A stretch of 64,000 nt of DNA from a bacterium (GTDB taxonomy: Bacteria; Zhuqueibacterota; Zhuqueibacteria; Residuimicrobiales; Krinioviventaceae), in assembly GCA_963693055.1 (NCBI GenBank), contig OY843751.1:2240001-2304000 (forward strand), written 5' to 3'. A program made the position numbers and the translations under genes. Below, piece after piece: positions 36,812 to 45,462 of the stretch. The notes under the pieces are model-generated. The model saw only the letters and a program-made list of their open reading frames with translations, was not told where the DNA came from and searched no databases. Each line of letters opens with the position of its first letter. The first letter of the stretch is position 1.

Positions 36812-37591
36812 ATGGCAAAAATTTATTATGTAGGAGATTGGGCGGTTATGACAGGGCCGGTTTTCGCTGAAACTCCATTTAACTATGCTTATAAAGGTCT
36901 GGATATATTCAATTACGGCAAGTGGTTAAAAGAGGGGCTGGAAAAAGGCGGCAAGCATGAGGTTACATCGGTTCCTACCTGGGAGTTTTACAAGTTGGCT
37001 CCGGGCGAATATGAAAAAATTCTGGATGAATATGATGTTATCATTTTTAGTGATGTGGAAGCTAAAAATTTTCAACTTGCTCCTGCATTTTTTGACCGTA
37101 AAAAATTTGGTACACAGGTTTTAACTTTTCCAGACCGCATTCGTTTGACTATTGATGCGGTTAAAAATGGTAAAAGTATCATGTTCCTTGGTGGATGGTT
37201 ATCTTTTACAGGTGAAATGGGCAAAGGAGGATGGAACCGCACTCGTTTAAAAGAAATGCTGCCTGTACAATGTCTGGATTATGAAGATCTGGTAGAGAGT
37301 ACTGAAGGATTTACTGCAATATTGTCAGCATCAGGGTTGCTATCATTGGGAACTATCGATATTGATTCGTTTCCACCCATACTTGGTTACAATAAAACCT
37401 TGCCTATTGATGAGGGTGATGTATTGTTGACCGTAAAAGAGACAGGTGATCCTTTGGTGGCGTATCGGGAATTTGGCAAGGGTAAGGTGCTTGCATATAT
37501 GTCTGATCCCGCTCCACATTGGGGCTGTAATTTCGTCTTTTGGGAACATTATGCAAGGTTTTGGACTGTATGTATTGAACTTGTGATGTGA
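36812..37591 (+). CDS. DUF1355 / GATase1-like protein
   Basis: 'YDVIIFSDV', 'MFLGGWLSFTG', 'LPV', 'ILGYN', 'GKGKVLAYMSDPAPHWG'. Confidence 0.8.
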   Translation: MAKIYYVGDWAVMTGPVFAETPFNYAYKGLDIFNYGKWLKEGLEKGGKHEVTSVPTWEFYKLAPGEYEKILDEYDVIIFSDVEAKNFQLAPAFFDRKKFGTQVLTFPDRIRLTIDAVKNGKSIMFLGGWLSFTGEMGKGGWNRTRLKEMLPVQCLDYEDLVESTEGFTAILSASGLLSLGTIDIDSFPPILGYNKTLPIDEGDVLLTVKETGDPLVAYREFGKGKVLAYMSDPAPHWGCNFVFWEHYARFWTVCIELVM

Positions 37592-37637
37592 GATTTTAAT
37601 AGATCACTGTGTAATTAATTAAACAGGAATTGCTTAC

Positions 37638-38882
37638 ATGATGAAAACTGTTTTTAAAAAGATCGGGTTATTCTTTGCTTCAATAGCGCCAGGTATTTTT
37701 CTGCTGGGTTACAATATAGGAACCGGTAGTGTGACCACAGCTGCCTCTACAGGTGCTTTATATGGAATGATGTTTGTTTGGCCGTTTTTATTGTCTTGTA
37801 TTTTTACCTATGTGCTGATATTGGCGTTTGGTAGGTATACGGTAGTGACGGGCAAGACTGCATTGTTCAGCTTTCGTGAATATTTTGGAACTCCAATTTC
37901 AGTTTTTGTGTTGATTGCAGTTGTGTTTAGTGAATGGGTAGCATTTATGGGGGTAATGGGGGTTGTTACCGAGGTAGTTAAGGAATGGTCGCGACCGCTC
38001 ACTCCTTCTGGAAACGGTATCAGTATGGTTTGGACGACATTGGTATTTGGTGGATTAATATATTTTCTGTTCTGGAAAGGTAAACATCGTTTCTTTGAGA
38101 AAATCTTGCTGGTTTTTGTAACATTGATGGGGATTAGTTTTATTGCGACTATGTTTATGGTCATCCCGGATCCCATACAGGTTATTAAGGGTCTTGTACC
38201 TCGCATTCCACACGAGTCCAATGCTGCGTTACTTGTGGCAGGGATGGTGGGCACGACTATGGGTGGAGTATTATATCTGGTGCGTTCCATCCTGGTACAG
38301 GAAAAAGGCTGGCAGATTAGTGATCTCAAAATAGAAAAACGAGACGCTTTTATTAGCGCCACACTCATGTTTGTTCTCAGTGCAGCAATAATGGCCTGTG
38401 CAGCTGGTACCCTTTATCCGCTCGGTTTAAAAGTGGATAATGCTATTGATATGGTCAAGCTGCTGGAACCGCTGGCAGGGCGTTTTGCCATATCCATTTT
38501 TGTGGCTGGAATTGTGAGTGCCGGGTTATCTTCATTATTTCCCCATATCTTGCTTGCACCCTGGTTTCTTGCCGATATTACCGGCCAGCCTCGCGATATG
38601 ACTTTGACCCAAAATCGCCTCATAGCACTTTTTACTGTCAGCCTGGGCTTTGTAGTACCTGTCTTTGGCGGTAGACCGGTTATGGTGATGATCATTTCGC
38701 AGGCTTTTGCTGCAATTGTTACTCCCGTGATAATTATATTAATGTTAATATTGTTGAATCGTTCATCTTTAATGGGTGAGTATAAAATAAAACCATTTTT
38801 GAATATAGTCCTAATTGTAATATTTATATTCACTGTTTTTATGGCGATAACCGGCATAGTCGGTATTCGTGGATTGTTTTGA
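37638..38882 (+). CDS. Nramp-related transporter (lacks the DPGN motif)
   Basis: 'APGIFLLGYNIGTGSVTT', 'AGMVGTT', about 11 TM helices. Confidence 0.8.
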   Translation: MMKTVFKKIGLFFASIAPGIFLLGYNIGTGSVTTAASTGALYGMMFVWPFLLSCIFTYVLILAFGRYTVVTGKTALFSFREYFGTPISVFVLIAVVFSEWVAFMGVMGVVTEVVKEWSRPLTPSGNGISMVWTTLVFGGLIYFLFWKGKHRFFEKILLVFVTLMGISFIATMFMVIPDPIQVIKGLVPRIPHESNAALLVAGMVGTTMGGVLYLVRSILVQEKGWQISDLKIEKRDAFISATLMFVLSAAIMACAAGTLYPLGLKVDNAIDMVKLLEPLAGRFAISIFVAGIVSAGLSSLFPHILLAPWFLADITGQPRDMTLTQNRLIALFTVSLGFVVPVFGGRPVMVMIISQAFAAIVTPVIIILMLILLNRSSLMGEYKIKPFLNIVLIVIFIFTVFMAITGIVGIRGLF

Positions 38883-38903
38883 TAAATAAGGAGAGTTGTT
38901 ATT

Positions 38904-39809
38904 ATGTTTTCATCATCAATTGTTTGCTGTTATTTACATCCCATAACCAAATACGGTTATCCTCCCAAAGCTGAAAATACAGTAAACTATTTGCAGGAAA
39001 TGCATGATATGGGTTTTCGTTCAGTAGAGCTTGAGGGCATCCGCGAAAATCATTTAATGGGTGTTTATAAAAATCGTGATATTATATTGAAAAAGATTGA
39101 CGAGCTGAACTTGAATATCCCTTATTTCTGTATCGTGTTGCCGGGTTTGTCATCTCCGATTGAAAAAGAACGTATGCGAAATCTAGAGTTGTTTGAAACG
39201 GGATGCGAGATTGCTCAATTTTTTGGAACAAAGGGAGTGTTGGATAATGCACCTTTACCGCCATATCAATTCCCCGCAGATATTCCGGTTGTTAGGCATT
39301 ATGGACAAGAGGCCCTGTCACAGGCATTTTTGCCCAAAAATTTAAAATGGGACCATTACTGGAAAGATTTGGTCTTGACATACAGAGAAGCCTGTGATAT
39401 AGCAGCGAAATATGAACAGACTTTTCAAATGCATCCGTGCTTGGGTGTGCTATCGTCCAATACAGACGGTTTTTTGAATTTTCATTCTGCAGTTCAACGT
39501 GATAATCTACGATTCAATTTAGATACAGCAAACCAATTCATGCAGCATGATAATTTGATTTTATCTGTCTACCGGACCATTGAATTTGTTGATTATATTC
39601 ATATTTCTGATAACCGGGGAACAAAAGTTGAGCATCTTGTTCCCGGTGATGGCAATATTCCCTGGGATACTTTTTTTGAAGTTTTGGACCGTTGCAATTT
39701 TAAAGGCCACCTTGGCATTGATGTAGGTGGTGATGAATCGGGAGTCAAAGATATTGATGCCGCATTTATTCAAACTGCAAAATGGTTGGAGAAAAAATGG
39801 AAAAAGTAA
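38904..39809 (+). CDS. sugar-phosphate isomerase/epimerase (xylose-isomerase-like TIM barrel)
   Basis: 'GFRSVEL', 'NLRFNLDTAN', 'YIHISDN...HLVPGDGNIPW'. Confidence 0.85.
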   Translation: MFSSSIVCCYLHPITKYGYPPKAENTVNYLQEMHDMGFRSVELEGIRENHLMGVYKNRDIILKKIDELNLNIPYFCIVLPGLSSPIEKERMRNLELFETGCEIAQFFGTKGVLDNAPLPPYQFPADIPVVRHYGQEALSQAFLPKNLKWDHYWKDLVLTYREACDIAAKYEQTFQMHPCLGVLSSNTDGFLNFHSAVQRDNLRFNLDTANQFMQHDNLILSVYRTIEFVDYIHISDNRGTKVEHLVPGDGNIPWDTFFEVLDRCNFKGHLGIDVGGDESGVKDIDAAFIQTAKWLEKKWKK

Positions 39810-41449
39810 AATCATTAAAGGATTGTACTTTTAAATGGGTGTTGACCTTGATTTTTATCACCCTTTTTACCTCAAATTTTAAAGTGATTAACGCTGCTGA
39901 GCTATCCCAGTGTGATATTTACAATGTCCGGGATTATGGTGCAAAAGGTGATTCTGTCACATTAGATACAAAATCTATTCAAGCCGCCATTGATGATTGT
40001 TCAAAACAGGGAGGTGGTACCGTCTTACTTTCTGCAGGGACTTACCTGAGTGGCACATTGCATCTAAAAAGTAATATCACGCTACATATTCAGAGTGGGG
40101 CAGTGCTGCTGGGGAGTACCCGGATAGATGATTACTCTTTAAATTCCCCCGAGTTGGCATCCTATAACGATAGCTTTTTGAAACAGAGCCTTATTTACGG
40201 TGAAAATCTTGATCATGTCAGCATTGAAGGAGACGGGATTATTGACGGGCAGGGAGGTGCATTCAAGGTAACTACCAAAGTAAAACCTGATCGTTACAAA
40301 AACAGACCCTATATTCTTCGTTTGATTTGCTGCCGAAATGTTAGGGTTGAAAACATAACCCTGCAAAATTCTGCCATGTGGATGCAGCACTATCTTGCTT
40401 GTGAAAATCTGAGTATACGCGGAATCAAAGTTTATAATCATTGTAACCAAAATAACGACATGATGGATATTGATGGTTGTAAAAATGTTGTGATTTCAGA
40501 TTGTATTGGTGATACTGATGATGATGGATTAACATTAAAAAGCACTTCCGGGCGAATTACAGAAAATGTGACCATTACCAACTGTATTTTAAGCAGTCAT
40601 TGCAATGCGTTAAAATGTGGTACCGAATCGCATGGGGGATTCAAAAATATCGTTATTTCCAACATACTTGTCAAACCCTCAAAAGACGATATGGCTATCT
40701 TTGGTGATCCGAAAGGTATTGGGGGAATAGTGCTGGCGGTTGTTGATGGTGGACTATTGGATAATGTGAATATTAGTAATGTACGAGTTGAAGGTGTGCG
40801 TGTACCTTTGTTTTTACGGCTGGGCAATCGAGCCAGGACGGTTGTGCCGGGTGATGAACCGCCGGGTGTGGGAACCTATAAGAATGTGAAAATATCCCAT
40901 GTTACTGCTACCGGCGCGGACAGTGTTGGGTGTTCTATCACCGGTCTTCCGGGACATCCGGTCAGGAATGTAGAATTGAGTGATATCACCATCTCTTTTC
41001 ACGGTGGTGTTGCTGCACCGCAACGACTTGCGGATGTGCCAGAGAATGAAACATTTTATCCTGAGAGCACCATGTTCGGTACTCTGCCTGCATATGGATT
41101 TTATCTTCGTCATGCAGAGAATATTAGTCTCAGTGATATTGATCTGTCATATCAACAGCCAGATGAACGACCGGCTTTGCTGGCAGATGATGTAAATGAA
41201 CTGGAAATTGATAAATTGAAAGCAACGGGTAGTGAAAATGCGGAATCTTTGATTTCGTTAATCAATACGTCAAATGTTTATTTAACTGGTTCCCGGGTCA
41301 AAAACAGAGCAGGTGTATTTGTACGTGTCAGCGGAAAACATACCGGTCCTGTATATATGTATAATAACAAGATGAGTAATACAAGAATACCCTTAATGAT
41401 AAATGATAATGTTCCTGGAGATGTTGTACAATGTCTAGATTCATATTAA
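39782..41449 (+). CDS. GH28 glycoside hydrolase
   Basis: 'YNVRDYGAKGD', 'NNDMMDIDGC', 'DTDDDGLTLKS', 'LKCGTES.GGF'. Confidence 0.9.
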   Translation: MVGEKMEKVKSLKDCTFKWVLTLIFITLFTSNFKVINAAELSQCDIYNVRDYGAKGDSVTLDTKSIQAAIDDCSKQGGGTVLLSAGTYLSGTLHLKSNITLHIQSGAVLLGSTRIDDYSLNSPELASYNDSFLKQSLIYGENLDHVSIEGDGIIDGQGGAFKVTTKVKPDRYKNRPYILRLICCRNVRVENITLQNSAMWMQHYLACENLSIRGIKVYNHCNQNNDMMDIDGCKNVVISDCIGDTDDDGLTLKSTSGRITENVTITNCILSSHCNALKCGTESHGGFKNIVISNILVKPSKDDMAIFGDPKGIGGIVLAVVDGGLLDNVNISNVRVEGVRVPLFLRLGNRARTVVPGDEPPGVGTYKNVKISHVTATGADSVGCSITGLPGHPVRNVELSDITISFHGGVAAPQRLADVPENETFYPESTMFGTLPAYGFYLRHAENISLSDIDLSYQQPDERPALLADDVNELEIDKLKATGSENAESLISLINTSNVYLTGSRVKNRAGVFVRVSGKHTGPVYMYNNKMSNTRIPLMINDNVPGDVVQCLDSY

Positions 41450-43995
41450 TACAATTATTTTTGTCTGTTGTTTGTGTCAATGTTGCATTGTCAGCAAAAA
41501 CACAATTAAATGTTGTACCCTGTCCACAAGTGGTTGAATTTCAAACCGGCAGTTGTAGATTGAGTGGAACACCGGTAACGATTAAATTGGGAACGAAAAA
41601 TAGTTTAGAGCTAGTGTTTGAAGCTGAACAAGCGTTACAATTATTTCCCATACACCATACTACCGACAAAAAAGAATTAACCCTTTGGCTGGGATTGTTT
41701 GGAGAACACAAGCAATTTAATGAGATTTGCAAGAAATATGGTATTTCACGAGATGAACGTATTGGCAGTGAAGGATACATTCTACTCTTACAAAAGGATT
41801 TAATTGTCATTGCAGCAAATTCCTCAGCAGGAATTTTTTATGGTGTCCAGACCCTTAAACAGATATTGATGGATACAAAAAAGGATAATGAACTGCCTTG
41901 TGTCAAAATTATTGATTGGCCGCAGTATCGTTTTCGTGGAATGATGGATGATATAAGCCGCGGTCCTGTGCCAACGCTGGCATTCATGAAAAATCAGATC
42001 CGGCGTTGTGCAGAAATGAAAATTAACATGCTCATGTATTATATCGAACATGTTGTAGAGACTAAAAGCCATGGCGATTTTGCCCCGGACGAAGCATCTA
42101 TCACTATACCGCAATGGAAAATGTTGTCTGATTACGCGAAAAAATATCATATTGATCTTGTTGGCAGTTTCCAATCCCTTAGTCATGGTGAAAATATCCT
42201 CAAACACCCCAATTACAAGCATCTGGCAGTTACTTTTCGTATGTTTAATCCCTTACTGCCCGAGACCTATGATTTTTTTAAAAACGTCTATTCCGAGATG
42301 ATTCCGGCATTTAACTCTGATTTTTTTGCCATCAATTGTGATGAATCATGGGACATTGGTGTAGGCGTAACCAAAGAAACTGTGGACAGGATTGGTCTTG
42401 AGCAATTTTTTGTTGATCATGTGATTAAGCTGGACAATATTGTAAAGCCCTTTAATAAACGGTCTATAGTATGGGCGGATATTCCGCTAGAACATCCCCA
42501 GATTTTGGACATGCTTCCTAAGGATATTATTCTTGGCGCCTGGGAGTATTCACCCCTTGAATCTTATGAATCTTATTTAAAACCCTTGTACGATAAAGGA
42601 TTTGATATTATAGTAACTCCCGGAGTTTTAAATTCTACCCGTTTAATGCCAGATCTGATCATGGCCCACGATAACATAAAATCATTTATTGAAGCAGGTG
42701 TTGATTATGATGCAATGGCCACACTTGTAACCGTCTGGGATGACGGGGGAATGGCCCTGTTTTCACGAGACTGGTATGGAGTTGCCTATTCTGCTGAAAA
42801 ATCATGGAATATTCATGGTGAAGAGAATAATCCATTTGATGTTCGATTCAATAAAACCATTTACGGCATGTCTAACACAGCATTGACGGATGCCATTAAA
42901 ATTATTGAAAAGCTTGTATATCTTCCACCCACCCAGGAACTGAACGAGAATGTGTTGTGGCAAAAAATCGTTCCAGATTCGGGACATACATTGTTTTTAC
43001 GTACTGATTACTGGGACGAGATTTCCTATATCTGTGATCAAACAGACCAGGCGCTCGAGTTGGCTGATGCCAATCGTTTTGCTGTTGATCTGGATTATTT
43101 TGATTTCTCAATCGATCAGTATCGTTATCTGGCACAGGCTCGGGCAAGAATGCTGCAAGCGGCACGTGAATATAATAAAGCATACCAGGTTGAGGAACAG
43201 GATACCTTTCAAGCTCGGGAACACTTGCTGGTTGCCAAAGATTGTATTAACAAGAATATTGCACAACTATCAGCAATAAAAGCTGAATACCAGCGACTAT
43301 GGTTGATTGAAAACAAAGTTTGGTGGCTGGACAAGGTACTGAACAAATACCAATCTGTCTTGGATGCATATCAGGATGTGCAGACACATCTTGTTAAAGC
43401 GCTTGCAAGACTGGATGTGAACGCGTCTCTGCTTCCGCCGGCAGATTGCCGTTTGGACATTGTAGAATCCAATGGCGATTATTTCCAAGAGTGGATGATT
43501 AGCGGTCCCTTTGCTAACGAAAATGGTGCAAAAGGTACGGATTTTGATTTTTTGACTGAAACTGGTGGAATTAAAAGTACAAAACCTATTGCAGGCCAAA
43601 CTTTTCCTGCTCCTGACGGGCAGCCTTATCGGTGGAGTAAATACCATTCTCCCGAGTTTGGAGTGATTGATGTTACCCAAAAAATTGGCTATGCTGAAAA
43701 TGCTGTGGCCTATGCAAATTGTCGCATTTATGCCGATGCTGACCAAACGGTAACAGCATCTTTTGCCTCTGATGATGGAGTGGATGTTTTTTTGAATGGA
43801 GAAAATATTTATTCAAAGCGAGGTGAACGAAAATTTACGCCTGATCAGGATAGTGTTAAATTACATTTGAATAAAGGCACCAATTATGTAATTCTAAAAT
43901 TGTTTCAGGGTACTGATGATTGGAGATTTTCGTTTCAACTTTTGAACGAGAATGTTAAACATCATAAATACAAATATACATTGCTCAATAATTAG
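41431..43995 (+). CDS. GH20-like hexosaminidase with C-terminal PA14-like beta-sandwich
   Basis: GH20b 'EGYIL...GIFYGVQTL', 'DWPQYRFRGMMDDISRG', catalytic 'NCDES'; C-terminal 'SDDGVDVFLNG'. Confidence 0.85.
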   Translation: MSRFILIQLFLSVVCVNVALSAKTQLNVVPCPQVVEFQTGSCRLSGTPVTIKLGTKNSLELVFEAEQALQLFPIHHTTDKKELTLWLGLFGEHKQFNEICKKYGISRDERIGSEGYILLLQKDLIVIAANSSAGIFYGVQTLKQILMDTKKDNELPCVKIIDWPQYRFRGMMDDISRGPVPTLAFMKNQIRRCAEMKINMLMYYIEHVVETKSHGDFAPDEASITIPQWKMLSDYAKKYHIDLVGSFQSLSHGENILKHPNYKHLAVTFRMFNPLLPETYDFFKNVYSEMIPAFNSDFFAINCDESWDIGVGVTKETVDRIGLEQFFVDHVIKLDNIVKPFNKRSIVWADIPLEHPQILDMLPKDIILGAWEYSPLESYESYLKPLYDKGFDIIVTPGVLNSTRLMPDLIMAHDNIKSFIEAGVDYDAMATLVTVWDDGGMALFSRDWYGVAYSAEKSWNIHGEENNPFDVRFNKTIYGMSNTALTDAIKIIEKLVYLPPTQELNENVLWQKIVPDSGHTLFLRTDYWDEISYICDQTDQALELADANRFAVDLDYFDFSIDQYRYLAQARARMLQAAREYNKAYQVEEQDTFQAREHLLVAKDCINKNIAQLSAIKAEYQRLWLIENKVWWLDKVLNKYQSVLDAYQDVQTHLVKALARLDVNASLLPPADCRLDIVESNGDYFQEWMISGPFANENGAKGTDFDFLTETGGIKSTKPIAGQTFPAPDGQPYRWSKYHSPEFGVIDVTQKIGYAENAVAYANCRIYADADQTVTASFASDDGVDVFLNGENIYSKRGERKFTPDQDSVKLHLNKGTNYVILKLFQGTDDWRFSFQLLNENVKHHKYKYTLLNN

Positions 43996-45250
43996 GAGAG
44001 AGATTATGAAGACTATAAACCGTGTTACAGCATTGCTATTATTTGTTTTAGTTATTACTGCTTTTGCCGAAAAGGGTGATGGTGAGAAAAAACAGGAAAT
44101 TATTTCTGCTATTCATGATGGTGCAAATTATGCCTGTGATGTATTACTTGATGAATCTGGTAAATCACGTTGTGATTATAATTTATTACAGGGCAAATGG
44201 TTTGTTTATGAGGCACCGTGGCATACAGGACAAATTATATACGGTTTATTACGGGCGCATGATGTAACCGGGACCCAAAAGTATTTAAATAATGCTAAAC
44301 GTGCTGGTGACTGGTGGGTAGGCTTGGAAATTAAAGACCATCCTGTATTGAAAGGAATGGTTAATTCCATACATGGTGATTATATTGAAGATCAAATAGT
44401 CTTTGCAACTACATCCGATGGAACAGCAGGCCTGTTTTATTTATATGATAAAACAGGTGATGAAAAGTATGCCAGGGTACCTACTCAGGCGGGCCAATGG
44501 ATGCTTGAGCACATGTATGTCCCTTCTCATGGTGTTTTTTATGATGTTGTTGATGCCAAGACAGGCCAGGTTCTTAAGGAGAACAGTCCGTTTTGGGAGG
44601 GAAAAGAAGATCAAAAGTTGTATGATGTTTCTCGTCCCAATAATGAGGGGTCTCTTTTTAAAGATATGTATGAATATTCTAAAGACGAGAAATATAATAA
44701 AGTATTTATTGAGCTGTGCGAGAGCCTGGTAGAAAAGCAGGGCCCGGAAGGATTATGGATGGATTTTATGCCGAATGATAAAGAATCCGGTTCTTTTCAT
44801 CCTCGTTTTAATCTCTGGTATGCGGAATCACTGCTTGAAGGTTATGAATTGACTGGTGATAAACGATATCTGGAAGCCGCTTTAAAGACAGGCAGGCTTT
44901 ACTCAAAATTTCAACAACCTGATGGAACAATTTATTATAAAAATTACCTCAGTGGCAAATCAAATCGTAATTCCATTTCAGGCTCAACAGTTGCTTTTGC
45001 GGGGATTGTATGGCTGCGTTTATTAGAGTACGGTGTTGGTGAAGAGTTTAAAGAAAATATAGAAAAATCTTTAGAATGGACTCTGAAAAATCGTTTTTCC
45101 ACTGATCATCCGGATAAAAATCTGGCAGGTAGTTTTTTTGAAATTCGTACACGTCGTAAAGATGGATTGTGGATTACTTTGCGTGATATTGCAACAAGCT
45201 TTTCGCTTCGTTTTTTAGCAGATTATTATGATTACTATTATGCAAAATAG
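43952..45250 (+). CDS. secreted six-hairpin (alpha/alpha)6 glycosidase-like protein (start probably about 44006)
   Basis: Repeats 'DVTGTQKYLNNAKRAGDW', 'ELTGDKRYLEAALK'; signal peptide. Confidence 0.7.
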   Translation: MLNIINTNIHCSIIRREIMKTINRVTALLLFVLVITAFAEKGDGEKKQEIISAIHDGANYACDVLLDESGKSRCDYNLLQGKWFVYEAPWHTGQIIYGLLRAHDVTGTQKYLNNAKRAGDWWVGLEIKDHPVLKGMVNSIHGDYIEDQIVFATTSDGTAGLFYLYDKTGDEKYARVPTQAGQWMLEHMYVPSHGVFYDVVDAKTGQVLKENSPFWEGKEDQKLYDVSRPNNEGSLFKDMYEYSKDEKYNKVFIELCESLVEKQGPEGLWMDFMPNDKESGSFHPRFNLWYAESLLEGYELTGDKRYLEAALKTGRLYSKFQQPDGTIYYKNYLSGKSNRNSISGSTVAFAGIVWLRLLEYGVGEEFKENIEKSLEWTLKNRFSTDHPDKNLAGSFFEIRTRRKDGLWITLRDIATSFSLRFLADYYDYYYAK

Positions 45251-45298
45251 ATAATGATAAAGTATTATCTGGAATTATTGATAAACAAAGTCATGTCG

Positions 45299-45330
45299 AA
45301 AATCCTCTGATTTCCATCAGGGGATTTTTT
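45299..45330 (+). terminator. rho-independent terminator
   Basis: AAAATCCTCTGA/TCAGGGGATTTT stem followed by a T-run. Confidence 0.7.
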
Positions 45331-45462
45331 ATTTCATTCAAGTTTTGTCCAATTTATATTAATATTTATTATTATCCAGCTTGAATGCCGGGGGGATTAT
45401 CATTATATTCCATTAATCAAGAATTATTTTCAGTAGTATTGTAGTGAATTGAGGACAGAATT

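Noticed and set aside
37808-38857. Long antisense ORFs (186 aa and 147 aa) opposite the Nramp-like gene
   Set aside because: Typical stop-poor shadows of a hydrophobic membrane-protein gene; no RBS or family motifs.
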